A stretch of DNA of 64,000 bases from positions 24,116 to 88,115 of the forward strand of contig JAVKHQ010000009.1 in the NCBI GenBank assembly GCA_031459875.1, written 5' to 3'. The position numbers and the translations under genes are program-made. The notes below the pieces were generated by a model. The model was not told the DNA's origin and made no database searches. It saw only the letters and a program-made list of their open reading frames with translations. Origin of the DNA: Candidatus Fervidifonticultor sextus (GTDB lineage Bacteria > Sysuimicrobiota > Sysuimicrobiia > Sysuimicrobiales > Humicultoraceae). Below are positions 52,569 to 62,106 of this stretch, piece by piece (the stretch's first letter is position 1; each line of letters opens with the position of its first letter).

Positions 52569-52955
52569 CTACCCGTCTGCCCAGTGGCGCCGCGGCACGT
52601 CCCAGTGGGTGCGGCCGGGCAGTTTGATCGAGATGTGGCAGGCTGGCCCGTCGCGCGTCGCGCCGTGCCAGTGCCAGAGGCCCCGCGGGACGATGACGAA
52701 ATCCCCCGCCTCGGCGATGTGCCGGTCGTCCTCGATCACGACGACGACGCGGCCCGAGACGACCTGGAGCACCTGGGTGCTGTCGTGGGTGTGGGGCGTG
52801 GTGCGGGCGCCGGCCTCGAAGAACACGGCGACCAGCTCCGACTCTTCGCCGTCACGGTCGGGTTCGTAGAGGGCCTGCATGCGGACGTGTCCCTCGAAGT
52901 ACTCCGGCCGGACCGCCGGATGGGCCTGGGCCGGATCGATCCTCCTGACCAGCAC
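52569..52955 (-). CDS. Cupin domain protein
   Basis: HTH...QVL, HWHGA. Confidence 0.8.
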   Translation of the reverse strand: MLVRRIDPAQAHPAVRPEYFEGHVRMQALYEPDRDGEESELVAVFFEAGARTTPHTHDSTQVLQVVSGRVVVVIEDDRHIAEAGDFVIVPRGLWHWHGATRDGPACHISIKLPGRTHWDVPRRHWADG

Positions 52956-53058
52956 GGTGGCCTCCCTCCACGTCCTCGGCGAGGAAATACCTGATGTGTT
53001 CTCCGTGTCCTCGTGGTTGCCCTCGCTGTCGTGGGAGGAGCGGATCGTTGCCCCGAGG

Positions 53059-53517
53059 CTACCTCGTACCCAGGCCGCGGCCGCCGGAGCGCAGATCGCC
53101 CCACTGCACGGCGCGTTCGATCCTCACGGCGATGATCGGCCGGCCCTCGAGGTCCATCGCACGGTACTGCGGGTACTTCCGCCGGAGGAGGCGGAGCGCC
53201 GCCGCATGCTCGGATCCCTGATGGAGCAGGCGGGCATGGCCTTCGAGCAGGACGAATCCCAATCGCGACCAGTCTTCCGAGTAGGTGTCTGCAACCACGG
53301 CCACCCGCGGATTCTCCAGCACATTCCGGAGGCGCCGGAGCCTGCGCGGATCGGTCTGCTTGGGCTTGCGGTCGATGACCGAGTACAGCGTACGGCCCGA
53401 GAGCGCGAAGCAGATGGGCACGATGTGGGGCCTCCCGGAGGCGTCGGCGGTGGCCAGGCGGGCAACCCGCTGGCCCGACACAAACGCCGCGACGGCTCGG
53501 GACAGGGGCGGGCGCAT
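53059..53517 (-). CDS. PPOX-class (putative F420-dependent) oxidoreductase, TIGR03668-like
   Basis: VARLATAD..PHIVP, IDRKPK, LRRLRN, EDWSRL, KYPQY. Confidence 0.8.
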   Translation of the reverse strand: MRPPLSRAVAAFVSGQRVARLATADASGRPHIVPICFALSGRTLYSVIDRKPKQTDPRRLRRLRNVLENPRVAVVADTYSEDWSRLGFVLLEGHARLLHQGSEHAAALRLLRRKYPQYRAMDLEGRPIIAVRIERAVQWGDLRSGGRGLGTR

Positions 53518-53644
53518 GCTAGGGTCGTTGTTGGCGCACAGCCGTCGGATTGCAGGGCTTCAGGCCACAGCCCTCCGCACATGGCGGAATACGACCATGG
53601 TCGGCGGCGTTCCTGGCATGTGCGCACCGTGCGCCAGGGCACCG

Positions 53645-54262
53645 ATGAACACCGTGGACATCCTCATCGTCGCCGACGACCCCCTGGCCCGCGCCGGACT
53701 GGCGGCCCTGCTGGATGACCCCGCCACCGCTGTCGTCGGCCAGGAAGGCTCCGCGACCGTGATCGGGTCGCTGGAGGCCGATCCCGACGTGATCATCTGG
53801 GATGCGGGCTCGAATGCGGCACCCGTGTTGGAACACCTGGCGGCCCTCGATCCCACGCGGTACCCGACCGTGGTGCTCGTCGCCACAAGGCGGGACGCCC
53901 TCGGTGCCCTGGCGGCCGGCGCGCGCGGGGTGTTGTCCCGCACGGTCGACGCTTCGACGCTGCGCGCCGCGGTCGAGGGGGTGGTGCGGGGCCTCGTGGT
54001 CATCGATCCGTCCCTGGCCGCAGCCCTGCCGACGGCGCGGGATCCTCACGCGCCCGTTCCCCTCGAAGACCTGACGCCCAGAGAACACGAGGTCCTGCAG
54101 TTGATGGCCCAGGGGTTGTCCAACAAGGCCATCGCCCGCCGCCTGGGCCTGAGCGAACATACGGCCAAGTTCCACGTCAACGCCATCCTGAGCAAACTGG
54201 ATGCCCACAGCCGCACCGAAGCCGTCACCCGGGCGGCCCGGCTGGGCCTGATCATCCTCTGA
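53645..54262 (+). CDS. LuxR/NarL-family response regulator with atypical receiver
   Basis: LTPREHEVLQLMAQGLSNKAIA..TAKFHVNAILSKL. Confidence 0.88.
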   Translation: MNTVDILIVADDPLARAGLAALLDDPATAVVGQEGSATVIGSLEADPDVIIWDAGSNAAPVLEHLAALDPTRYPTVVLVATRRDALGALAAGARGVLSRTVDASTLRAAVEGVVRGLVVIDPSLAAALPTARDPHAPVPLEDLTPREHEVLQLMAQGLSNKAIARRLGLSEHTAKFHVNAILSKLDAHSRTEAVTRAARLGLIIL

Positions 54263-54361
54263 CCGGCGACCGACGCGCTTGGTGTCCCCCTCCGACCCGC
54301 CCGGTCGGCGGGGCCCGGCCCCCCCAAATGGGTGATGCGCGACGGCGCGGGCGGCCGCATC

Positions 54362-55279
54362 ATGCCGGAGGAGGTGACTGCGGGCGTGTCGTCCATTGTC
54401 GATCTTTCTCGGGCACTGGCCGGGATCGCGGAGGCGGTGGCTCCGTCGGTGGTCCGCGTGGAGGCGCGGGGCCGCCTGCCGGCCAGCGGCATCGTGTGGT
54501 CCGCCGAGGGCCTGGTCGTGACGGCCGACCACGTCATCGAGGACGACGAGCACATCCGCGTGGGGCTGCCGGACGGCGCGGTCGTCGCTGCCACGCTCGC
54601 GGGCCGCGACCCGACGACCGACCTGGCGGTCCTGCGAACGGACGCCCGCGGCCTCCGCCCGGCAGTCTGGACCGACCCCCACCGTGCCCGGGTAGGTCAT
54701 CTGGTGGTGAGTCTGGGCCGGCCCGGCCGCACGGCGCGGGCTGCCCTGGGCATGCTCAGCACCGTGGCCGAGGCCTGGCGCGGCCCGGGGGGAGCGGTCA
54801 TCGACCGGTATCTCCAGATCGACCGCAGGCTCCCGCCCGGATTCTCCGGCGGCCCGCTGGCGGAGGGCGGGGGGCAGGTGCTCGGCCTCAACACGGCCGG
54901 GCTGCTGCGGGGCGCGGTGCTGGCCGTTCCCGCTCCGACCGTGGGCCGCGTGGTGGAGACGCTGCTCGCGCACGGCCGCATCCCGCGCGGCTACCTGGGG
55001 ATCGGGGCCCAACCGGTGCGCCTGCCGGCGGGTCTGCGGCAGGCCCTCGGCCAGGAGTCCGGGCTGCTGACCGTGTCCGTCGAGCCCGGCAGCCCTGCCG
55101 AGCGCGCAGGTCTCCAGCTGGGCGACGTCCTCCTGCGGCTCGGCGAGACGACCGTGCGCCATCCTGGCGACCTCATGGCGGTGCTGGGGGCCGACCGGAT
55201 CGGGGCGACGCTGGTGGCCCGGTTGCTGCGCGGCGGCACGGTGCAGGAGGTCGCGGTGACCGTCGGCGAGCGGCCGTGA
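54362..55279 (+). CDS. S1C (HtrA-like) serine protease with PDZ, no signal peptide
   Basis: TADHV, TDLAVL, PGFSGGPL, PDZ. Confidence 0.85.
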   Translation: MPEEVTAGVSSIVDLSRALAGIAEAVAPSVVRVEARGRLPASGIVWSAEGLVVTADHVIEDDEHIRVGLPDGAVVAATLAGRDPTTDLAVLRTDARGLRPAVWTDPHRARVGHLVVSLGRPGRTARAALGMLSTVAEAWRGPGGAVIDRYLQIDRRLPPGFSGGPLAEGGGQVLGLNTAGLLRGAVLAVPAPTVGRVVETLLAHGRIPRGYLGIGAQPVRLPAGLRQALGQESGLLTVSVEPGSPAERAGLQLGDVLLRLGETTVRHPGDLMAVLGADRIGATLVARLLRGGTVQEVAVTVGERP

Positions 55280-55310
55280 CGCCAGCTGGCAGGCGAAGGG
55301 ACGGAGGACA

Positions 55311-56783
55311 ATGGTGACGATCGTGAGGCCGGCCGATAACGAGATCGAGGTCTACGATGCCTATTCGCAGGCGGTCATCCGCGCGGTCGAGCGCGCCGGA
55401 CCCGCGGTGGTCAGCGTGGGAGTCGAGGACCGGGCCTCGCGCCAGCGCGTCCCCGACCTGCGCGGGTCGGGCAGCGGCGTCATCATCGCGCCGGACGGCT
55501 ACGTGCTCACCAACAGCCACGTCGTGCAGGGCGGGAGGGACACCGGCGTCCAGCTCCAGGACGGCCGCCGCCTGGCCGCTCAGGTGATCGGGACCGACCC
55601 TCATACCGACCTGGCCGTCCTCCGGGTCGGCGCCTCGGGGCTGCCGGCCGCCGAACTCGGCGACTCCAGCCGGCTGCGCGTGGGACAGCTCGTGGTCGCC
55701 ATCGGCAACCCGCTGGGCTTCCAGGCCACCGTGACCGCCGGCGTGATCAGCGCGCTGGGCCGAAGGCTGCGCGGACAGACCGGCCGGCTCATCGATGACG
55801 TCATCCAGACCGACGCCGCGCTGAATCCCGGCAACTCGGGCGGGCCGCTGGTGGACTCGCACGGACGGGTCATCGGCATCAATACCGCCATCATGGCGTT
55901 TTCGCAGGGCCTCTGCTTCGCTGTCCCCATCAACACCGCCAAGTGGGTGGTCGGGCAGCTGCTGCGCGAGGGACGTGTGCGGCGGGCCTATCTGGGCGTC
56001 GTGGGGCAGACCGTCGAGCTCGACCGCCGCCTCACCCTGCACCACCGGCTGGGAGGCCACTGGGGGGTTCGGGTGGCCGAGGTGCAGCAGGACAGCGCCG
56101 CGGCCCGCGCCGGGATGCGCGCCGGCGACATCATCGTGACGCTCGACGAGATCCGCATAGAGTCCGGCGACGATCTGCAGCGGGCCCTCGGACAGCGGCA
56201 GATCGGGACGCCGGTCCGCCTGGGGATCCTGCGGGACGGTGCCGTGAGGACCGTCGAGGCGCGGCCCACCGAACTCCCCGACACCCGATGGTCCCCCAAA
56301 GGGGACGACCCCGTCTTCGGCGAAGCAGGAGCCATCACGCCCGGAGGGAGAGGCATGGCCGAGCCGGCAGTGGTGACAGCCTACCTGATGAATGTCCCCA
56401 TCTTCAAAGACATCCCGACGCGCCTGCTGGAGTCGGTGGCCCGGTCAATGCGGGAGCGCATCTACGAGCCCGGCCAGGTGATCGTCAAGCAGGGCGACCC
56501 GGGCGTGGGGTTCTTCCTGATTACCGAAGGTAGGGTCGAGGTTTCGCACGACAGCCACCACATTCGCTTCCTCGGCCCGGGCGAGTTCTTCGGCGAGATG
56601 GCGCTGATGGAGGAACGGCCGCGCAGTGCGACCGTGACCGCGCGGGAGCGCACCACGTGCCTCCAGCTCGTCCGGTGGGATTTCCGCGCGCTCCTCAAGG
56701 AGAATCCCGACCTGGCCGTGAGAATCCTGGAGGTGGTCGTCCAGCGCCTCCGGGAACATCCCGACGCACACGACCTCGACTGA
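55311..56783 (+). CDS. S1C protease-PDZ in frame with a cyclic-nucleotide-binding domain (possible separate start at 56355)
   Basis: TNSHVV, NPGNSGGPL; then FGEMAL..PRSATV CAP_ED motif. Confidence 0.8.
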   Translation: MVTIVRPADNEIEVYDAYSQAVIRAVERAGPAVVSVGVEDRASRQRVPDLRGSGSGVIIAPDGYVLTNSHVVQGGRDTGVQLQDGRRLAAQVIGTDPHTDLAVLRVGASGLPAAELGDSSRLRVGQLVVAIGNPLGFQATVTAGVISALGRRLRGQTGRLIDDVIQTDAALNPGNSGGPLVDSHGRVIGINTAIMAFSQGLCFAVPINTAKWVVGQLLREGRVRRAYLGVVGQTVELDRRLTLHHRLGGHWGVRVAEVQQDSAAARAGMRAGDIIVTLDEIRIESGDDLQRALGQRQIGTPVRLGILRDGAVRTVEARPTELPDTRWSPKGDDPVFGEAGAITPGGRGMAEPAVVTAYLMNVPIFKDIPTRLLESVARSMRERIYEPGQVIVKQGDPGVGFFLITEGRVEVSHDSHHIRFLGPGEFFGEMALMEERPRSATVTARERTTCLQLVRWDFRALLKENPDLAVRILEVVVQRLREHPDAHDLD

Positions 56784-56808
56784 GGCGCCGCTGCACGCGC
56801 TGGGAGAA

Positions 56809-56834
56809 TCGGGAGGTCGCGATCGACCTCCCGA
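56809..56834. terminator. Hairpin between convergent genes
   Basis: TCGGGAGGTCG-CGAT-CGACCTCCCGA. Confidence 0.65.
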
Positions 56835-56858
56835 CGGCATGACTTTGGGGCTGAGCTG

Positions 56859-57065
56859 TTAGCTCAGGGCCTTGACGTTTGCGGCCTGCGGGCCCTTTTG
56901 ACCTTGCACCACCTCGTACTCGACCTTCTGACCCTCGTTCAGACTGCGGTATCCGTCAGCCTGGATCGCGGAATAATGGACGAAGACATCTTTCCCGCCT
57001 TCGTCAGGGGTAATGAAGCCATACCCCTTCTCGGCGCTGAACCACTTGACCGTTCCGATCGGCAT
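56859..57065 (-). CDS. Cold-shock protein
   Basis: [21 protein letters not shown]. Confidence 0.95.
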   Translation of the reverse strand: MPIGTVKWFSAEKGYGFITPDEGGKDVFVHYSAIQADGYRSLNEGQKVEYEVVQGQKGPQAANVKALS

Positions 57066-57290
57066 GCCCTGCCACCTCTTTCGTCGTTCGCCGCCGGTCT
57101 GCGCGGCCGGCGACGCCGTTCTGACCTACGAGGGTGTAGTATTGGCACCCGATGCGAAGATTCCTGCCGGCCGGCCGGAGATCCTCTCCGGCCGCCGTTC
57201 GAACCAGAGGAACCCCCGGTGGGGCTGCCCGCGAGGGGGCAGGCCCCCAGGGATCTGTGGGCGAAGCAAGAGGAACGGGGAGGAAGAGTT

Positions 57291-57905
57291 ATGCGTGTCG
57301 CGGTCCTGCTTGCGATCGTGATCCTGGCTGTTCCCGAGGGGCGGACGGCCGCCGGACCCTCCCCATCCCTGTTCCCGCTGGTGGTCGGGGCCGTCTGGGT
57401 CCGCCGGAGCGACGATGGGGGCGAGGCGACCTCGCGGGTCGTCGGGCCCAAGACGGTAGGGACGACCCGGTGCACGGTCGTCGAGCGCAGAGCCGTCGAG
57501 CGCGGCCGCGAGCGGATTGGCCGGACCTGCTTCCTGGCGACGGCCAGCGAGGTGCTGATCGTCGAGTGGACGACCCCCCGCGGCGAGCTCCAGGTCCTGA
57601 ATCCGCCGCGGCCGACCCTCAAGCTCCCGCCGCGGGCCGGACAGACCTGGTCGTGGAGTCCGGCCAGTTCCGCCGTCGCGCTGAAGATCACCGAGCGGTG
57701 GATCGGCGAGGAGACCATCAAGGTGGTGGCCGGCACCTTCCGGGCGTGGAAGTTGCAGACGGTGGCGACCGGTGAGGACTCGGAGATCACCACCTACACC
57801 TGGTACGCGCCGGGTGTGGGCGCGGTGCGCAGCGAGCGGAAGGGACGCCGGGGCGACCGACAGATCAGCGGGTGGTCGGAACTGGTGAGCTACAGGATCC
57901 CGTAG
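57291..57905 (+). CDS. Hypothetical secreted beta-rich protein
   Basis: SD GGAGG, signal peptide, FPL..G..W, ETIKVVAGTF, WYAPGVG. Confidence 0.7.
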   Translation: MRVAVLLAIVILAVPEGRTAAGPSPSLFPLVVGAVWVRRSDDGGEATSRVVGPKTVGTTRCTVVERRAVERGRERIGRTCFLATASEVLIVEWTTPRGELQVLNPPRPTLKLPPRAGQTWSWSPASSAVALKITERWIGEETIKVVAGTFRAWKLQTVATGEDSEITTYTWYAPGVGAVRSERKGRRGDRQISGWSELVSYRIP

Positions 57906-57921
57906 GGTCTCCGTCAGCGGA

Positions 57922-59151
57922 GTGATAGGCGCGCAGGCGATTCCGCCGGTCCTCCGTCGGCAGATCTGGATGCTGTTCGCCACGATCTTCCTCGCGATGA
58001 TCGGCATGGGTATCATCATGCCGATTCTCCCGTTCTTCGCGCGCGAGTTCGGCGCCTCACCCGTCCAGATGGGGTTGCTCATCACCGGGTGGTCGCTGGC
58101 CCAGTTCCTCGCGGCGCCCTTCTGGGGACTCCTCGTCGATCGCCTGGGACGCAAGCCGGTGCTGCTGACCGGGCTCTGCGGCTTCGGCCTGACGTTCGTC
58201 GGCATGGCGCTGGCGCAGTCTTACGCCATCCTCCTGGCGGCGCGAATCGCAGGCGGCCTGCTCTCCAGCGCGGTGCTCCCGTCGGCGCAGGCCATCGCCG
58301 CCGACCTCACCCCGCCCGAGGAGCGGGGGGCGGTGATGGGGATGATGGGCGCCGGGTTCGGCCTGGGGTTCCTGGTGGGTCCGGCGCTCGGCGGGGCCCT
58401 GGCGCTGCTCGGTCCGCGGATGCCCTTCTATGCGGCTGCGGTCTCGGCGGGCCTGGCGCTGCCGACGGTCTTCCGGTCGGTGCACGAGCCGGCCATGGAT
58501 GCGCGGCGCGCGGCGACGGCTCATCTGGGTGCCGCGGCGCTGGTCCGCGCCCTCCAGAGCCCCGAGCGGCCGCTGTACCTGATGGCGTTCGCGACCACCT
58601 TCGGCGGGTCGAGCCTGTTCTCGATGCTGGGCTACTATGCGATGGATCGGGTTTCGGCCAGCCCCTCCAGCGTGGGCATCATGTTCACCGCCCTGGGGCT
58701 CGGCTCGGTGGTGACGCAGGGGTTCCTGGTCGGACCGATCACCAGGCGGTGGGGCGAGGTGCCCGGCATCCGTCTGGGGTTTCTTGGCGGCACCCTGGGC
58801 TTCATCGCCCTATCATGGGCCGCCTCGGTCTTCTTGATCACCGTCGCCGTCCTGGTCACCTCCACCGCCATGGCGCTGCTGCGCCCCGCGCTGGCCGCGT
58901 TGAATTCGCGGCGGACCACGCTGGGGTACGGTACGTCGCTGGGGATGCAGACGGCCTTTGACAGCCTGGGCCGCACGCTGGGGCCGCTGTGGGCCGGGTC
59001 CGTCTACGACGTGGCTCGGGCTGGCCCGTTCCTGGCCGCGGCGGGCGTCTACCTGGTCGCCGGGCTGGCGACCCTGCGGCTGACCGATGACGCGGCGGCC
59101 CGGGGGGCGCCACCGCCGCTGGCCGAACCGATGGAGCCGCCCGCGTCCTAG
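57922..59151 (+). CDS. MFS transporter, TetA/DHA1-like
   Basis: GIIMPILP, WGLLVDRLGRKP, 12 TM pattern. Confidence 0.9.
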   Translation: MIGAQAIPPVLRRQIWMLFATIFLAMIGMGIIMPILPFFAREFGASPVQMGLLITGWSLAQFLAAPFWGLLVDRLGRKPVLLTGLCGFGLTFVGMALAQSYAILLAARIAGGLLSSAVLPSAQAIAADLTPPEERGAVMGMMGAGFGLGFLVGPALGGALALLGPRMPFYAAAVSAGLALPTVFRSVHEPAMDARRAATAHLGAAALVRALQSPERPLYLMAFATTFGGSSLFSMLGYYAMDRVSASPSSVGIMFTALGLGSVVTQGFLVGPITRRWGEVPGIRLGFLGGTLGFIALSWAASVFLITVAVLVTSTAMALLRPALAALNSRRTTLGYGTSLGMQTAFDSLGRTLGPLWAGSVYDVARAGPFLAAAGVYLVAGLATLRLTDDAAARGAPPPLAEPMEPPAS

Positions 59152-59164
59152 GCCGGGCGCTTGG

Positions 59165-60316
59165 CTACTCCACGATGAAGACGCCGATCATCCCGCGGTC
59201 CGCGTGGTCCACCACGTGGCAGTGGAAGAGCCAGATGCCTGGATGCCTAAAGCTGATCTGCAGGGTATCGGCGGCGCCGCCCACCAGCGGCAGCACCTGG
59301 GCTGGCCAGGGGCGGCCGTTGAGCACGCCCAGCGAGATCATGGGGATCTCATGGATGTGCAGGCTGTGGTCGATGTTGCCGATGTTGACCACGTGCAGCC
59401 GCATGCTCTCGCCGACTTTCATCTTGAAGAAGGGGACCGTCTTGCCGAGCTGCGCCACGACCCCCTGCAGGCCGTCCTTCTTGTAGATCTCTTCCAGGGC
59501 GAGTTCGCCGCCGGGGACACCCATACCGTTCATGATGTAGGGCGGGACGTTGCTCCCCTGACGCTGCCGGGTGGTCTCCGCCATGAAAAGAACTTCCTCA
59601 CGCACCGACGGCGCCCTGGGATCCTCCACGATGATCATCCCGTAGAGGCCCTGGAGGATGTGCTGGTTGATCGGGAACTCCCGGTCACCCGAGTGGCAGT
59701 GGTAGTAGGTCACCATGGGCCGGTCAGTGCTGTACTGATAGGTGTACTCCTTGCCCGGGGGGATCATGGCGCCGGAGCCCCTGCCGGTGATGATGTTGGC
59801 CTGCGAGCCGTCGTTCTCGATGGGATAGTAGCTCAGGTGGGTGTGGAAGCTGTGGACCCGGGTGTGCCTGTTGACGACCCGCACGCGGAGGATCTCGCCG
59901 GCCTTCACCCGCAGGGTGGGCCCCGGTACGGTCCCGTGGTACGTCCAGACCGTCCACCTGTTGCCGCCGCCGTAGTCGATGGTCTGCTCGGTGATCTCCA
60001 GGGTGTATTCCCTGACCGTCACCGCGCCCTGTCGCGAGACCTTGGACTGGATCTCCGGCCGCATGGCCGGGACGGCGGCGGCGGCGATCCGCGCCGCGGC
60101 GGCGGCGGCGGGCCCGCCCATGAGCAGGTCCATGAACATGGGGACCGGCCTGGCCTGGGAGGCCGGGCCCGCGGCGGACCCGAACAGGTGCTGGAGGTGG
60201 TCGCGGTGTGCGGCCGTCTGCGGATGCCACAGCGGTCTGCCGGCGAGGACTCCCGCGGACACCAGTCCCACGATGACGAGCGCGGTCACAACACCCTTCT
60301 TGCTGGTCCTGGGCAT
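59165..60316 (-). CDS. Two-domain multicopper oxidase, exported
   Basis: SD GGGAGG plus ATG at 60316; HSFHTH, YHCH..H, HSLHIH, WLFHCHVVDHADRGM. Confidence 0.85.
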   Translation of the reverse strand: MPRTSKKGVVTALVIVGLVSAGVLAGRPLWHPQTAAHRDHLQHLFGSAAGPASQARPVPMFMDLLMGGPAAAAAARIAAAAVPAMRPEIQSKVSRQGAVTVREYTLEITEQTIDYGGGNRWTVWTYHGTVPGPTLRVKAGEILRVRVVNRHTRVHSFHTHLSYYPIENDGSQANIITGRGSGAMIPPGKEYTYQYSTDRPMVTYYHCHSGDREFPINQHILQGLYGMIIVEDPRAPSVREEVLFMAETTRQRQGSNVPPYIMNGMGVPGGELALEEIYKKDGLQGVVAQLGKTVPFFKMKVGESMRLHVVNIGNIDHSLHIHEIPMISLGVLNGRPWPAQVLPLVGGAADTLQISFRHPGIWLFHCHVVDHADRGMIGVFIVE

Positions 60317-60751
60317 CAGTCGGCCTCCCTCTGGGTGTTTCAACTCTTCGGTGCGCCGCTGCAGCGACGCGATCGTGGTGCCGTCCAGTTCGCGGGTTAC
60401 GAACCGCTGGATGCGCCGCCACACCGGGTGCGCCGGACAGCGCCGCATCAGGGGGCAGGCCCCCGGACCGACCAGGCACCGGTTCAGCCGGATCGGCCCC
60501 TCGATCGCCTCTACCACATCCAGCAGGGTGAGGGTGCGCGGATCGCGGGCCAGGGCGACCCCGCCGCCGGTACCCCGGTAGGTGCGGACCAGCTTGCGGT
60601 GCGCCAACCGCTGCACCACCTTTGTCAGGAACGCGCGTGGGATGCGCTGCCGGCGCGCGATCTCTGCAGAGCGCACCGGGGCGCCCGCCGCCCGATCGGC
60701 CAGGTCCAGGATCACCCTGACGGCGTAGTCGGCCTCTCGCGTGAGTTGCAC
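60317..60751 (-). CDS. Rrf2-family transcriptional regulator (no stop codon; reads into the MCO frame)
   Basis: LTREADYAVR, RGTGGG..LAR, TLLDVVEAIEG, C..C..C Fe-S cysteines. Confidence 0.85.
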
Positions 60752-60770
60752 CGGTCCGTCGACTCCAAGA

Positions 60771-60785
60771 GGACCCAAATGGTCC
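60771..60785. promoter_or_regulatory. Palindromic operator candidate upstream of rrf2
   Basis: GGACC-CAAAT-GGTCC, about 20 bp upstream of the start. Confidence 0.45.
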
Positions 60786-61057
60786 AGTTGCGATCTGTCC
60801 AGATGGTGCCAGGCCCTGAGGCGCCGTGCCATCAGGTCTGCGCCTGATTCTCTTCTCAGCGGGCCGACTCCCCCTAACCCCGCCACCCGTTGGGTTGAGA
60901 TCTCGTTGATGCGTACCGTGGCGGTCGACTGCGGCCCATGATCCGGCAGGACCAGTACGATGTAGCGGAGGCGAACCTGGCCGTGAGGGACACGCCCGAA
61001 ATAGGATAGACATGGCGACGGGCCCGGGGGGTACGTGCTGTCCTTGCTGGCCGAGGG

Positions 61058-62104
61058 CTAGCGGCCCCAGGTCAGCACGCAGGCCGACCAGGTGAAGCCG
61101 CCGCCGAAGGCCACCAGCACCAGGTGGTCGCCGTCTCTGATCCGTCCGTCGCGCAGTGCTTCCCACAGCGAGAGCGGGACCGACGCCGACGAGGTGTTGC
61201 CGTAGCGCTCGATGGTGCAGACGAACCGCTCCAGGGGCAGGCCCACGGCGCGGGCGATTGCTTCGATGATGCGCTGGTTGGCCTGGTGGGGGACGATCCA
61301 CGCGATGTCGTCCAGGGTCATCCCGGCGGCTGCCACGACCTGCCGGACGGCGTCGGGGACGACCCGCACCGCGAGTTTGAAGACGGCCTGACCGTCCATC
61401 CGCGCCCGGTGGAGCCGCTGCGCGATGGCCTCCTGGCTCATGGGGAGGCGGCTCCCGCCGGCGGGCAGTTTCAGCAGATCGCCGGCCGATCCGTCGGCAC
61501 CGACCACGCTGGCCCGCACGCCGGCGCCGGACTCAGACGGGCCCATCACGACCGCACCGGCCCCATCGCCGACCAGCACGGCCAGCGTCCGGTCACTCCA
61601 GTCCACGAGCTTGCTGAGGACCTCGGCACCCACGACGAGCACGTGGCGGGCCACGCCCGCCTCGATGGCGGCCGCCGCCGAGACGACGCCGTAGACGAAG
61701 CTGGAGCACGCGGCCAGCAGGTCGAACGCCCCGGCGCGTGTGGCGCCGATGCGGTCCTGGATCAGGCAGGCCGTCGCCGGGAACAGCATGTCGGGGGTGG
61801 TGGTCGCACAGATGATGAGGTCCAGCGCGGATGCCTGCAGTCCGGCGTCGCGCAGGGCGGCCTCGGCCGCCGCCACCCCGAGGTCCGATGCGGCCTCGCC
61901 GGGCTCGGCGATCCGGCGGGTCCTGATGCCCGTGCGCTCGATGATCCAGGCGTCGCTGGTGTCGACCATCCGCTCCAGATCGGTGTTGGTCAGGACGCGG
62001 GACGGCACGTGGACGCCAAGCCCCAGGACAGCGGCTCGCGTGCCGGCCCGTGCGGGCGTTTGTGCGTCCGGTCCGGTCCCCGCAGCGACCTCAGGCTGGC
62101 GCAT
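61058..62104 (-). CDS. fabH: 3-oxoacyl-ACP synthase III
   Basis: DTSDAWIIERTGI, AACSSF, GDGAGA, PHQAN, GNTSSAS. Confidence 0.93.
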   Translation of the reverse strand: MRQPEVAAGTGPDAQTPARAGTRAAVLGLGVHVPSRVLTNTDLERMVDTSDAWIIERTGIRTRRIAEPGEAASDLGVAAAEAALRDAGLQASALDLIICATTTPDMLFPATACLIQDRIGATRAGAFDLLAACSSFVYGVVSAAAAIEAGVARHVLVVGAEVLSKLVDWSDRTLAVLVGDGAGAVVMGPSESGAGVRASVVGADGSAGDLLKLPAGGSRLPMSQEAIAQRLHRARMDGQAVFKLAVRVVPDAVRQVVAAAGMTLDDIAWIVPHQANQRIIEAIARAVGLPLERFVCTIERYGNTSSASVPLSLWEALRDGRIRDGDHLVLVAFGGGFTWSACVLTWGR

Positions 62105-62106
62105 GC

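Noticed and set aside
57165..57260. GC-rich hairpins between the csp gene and the divergent secreted-protein gene
   Set aside because: No riboswitch consensus or clear promoter; such stems are expected at this GC content
60752..61060. Open frame from the fabH TAG through rrf2 and the MCO (possible readthrough or pyrrolysine)
   Set aside because: FabH ends at its normal C-terminus; no pyl genes or recoding signal; long open frames arise by chance at this GC content
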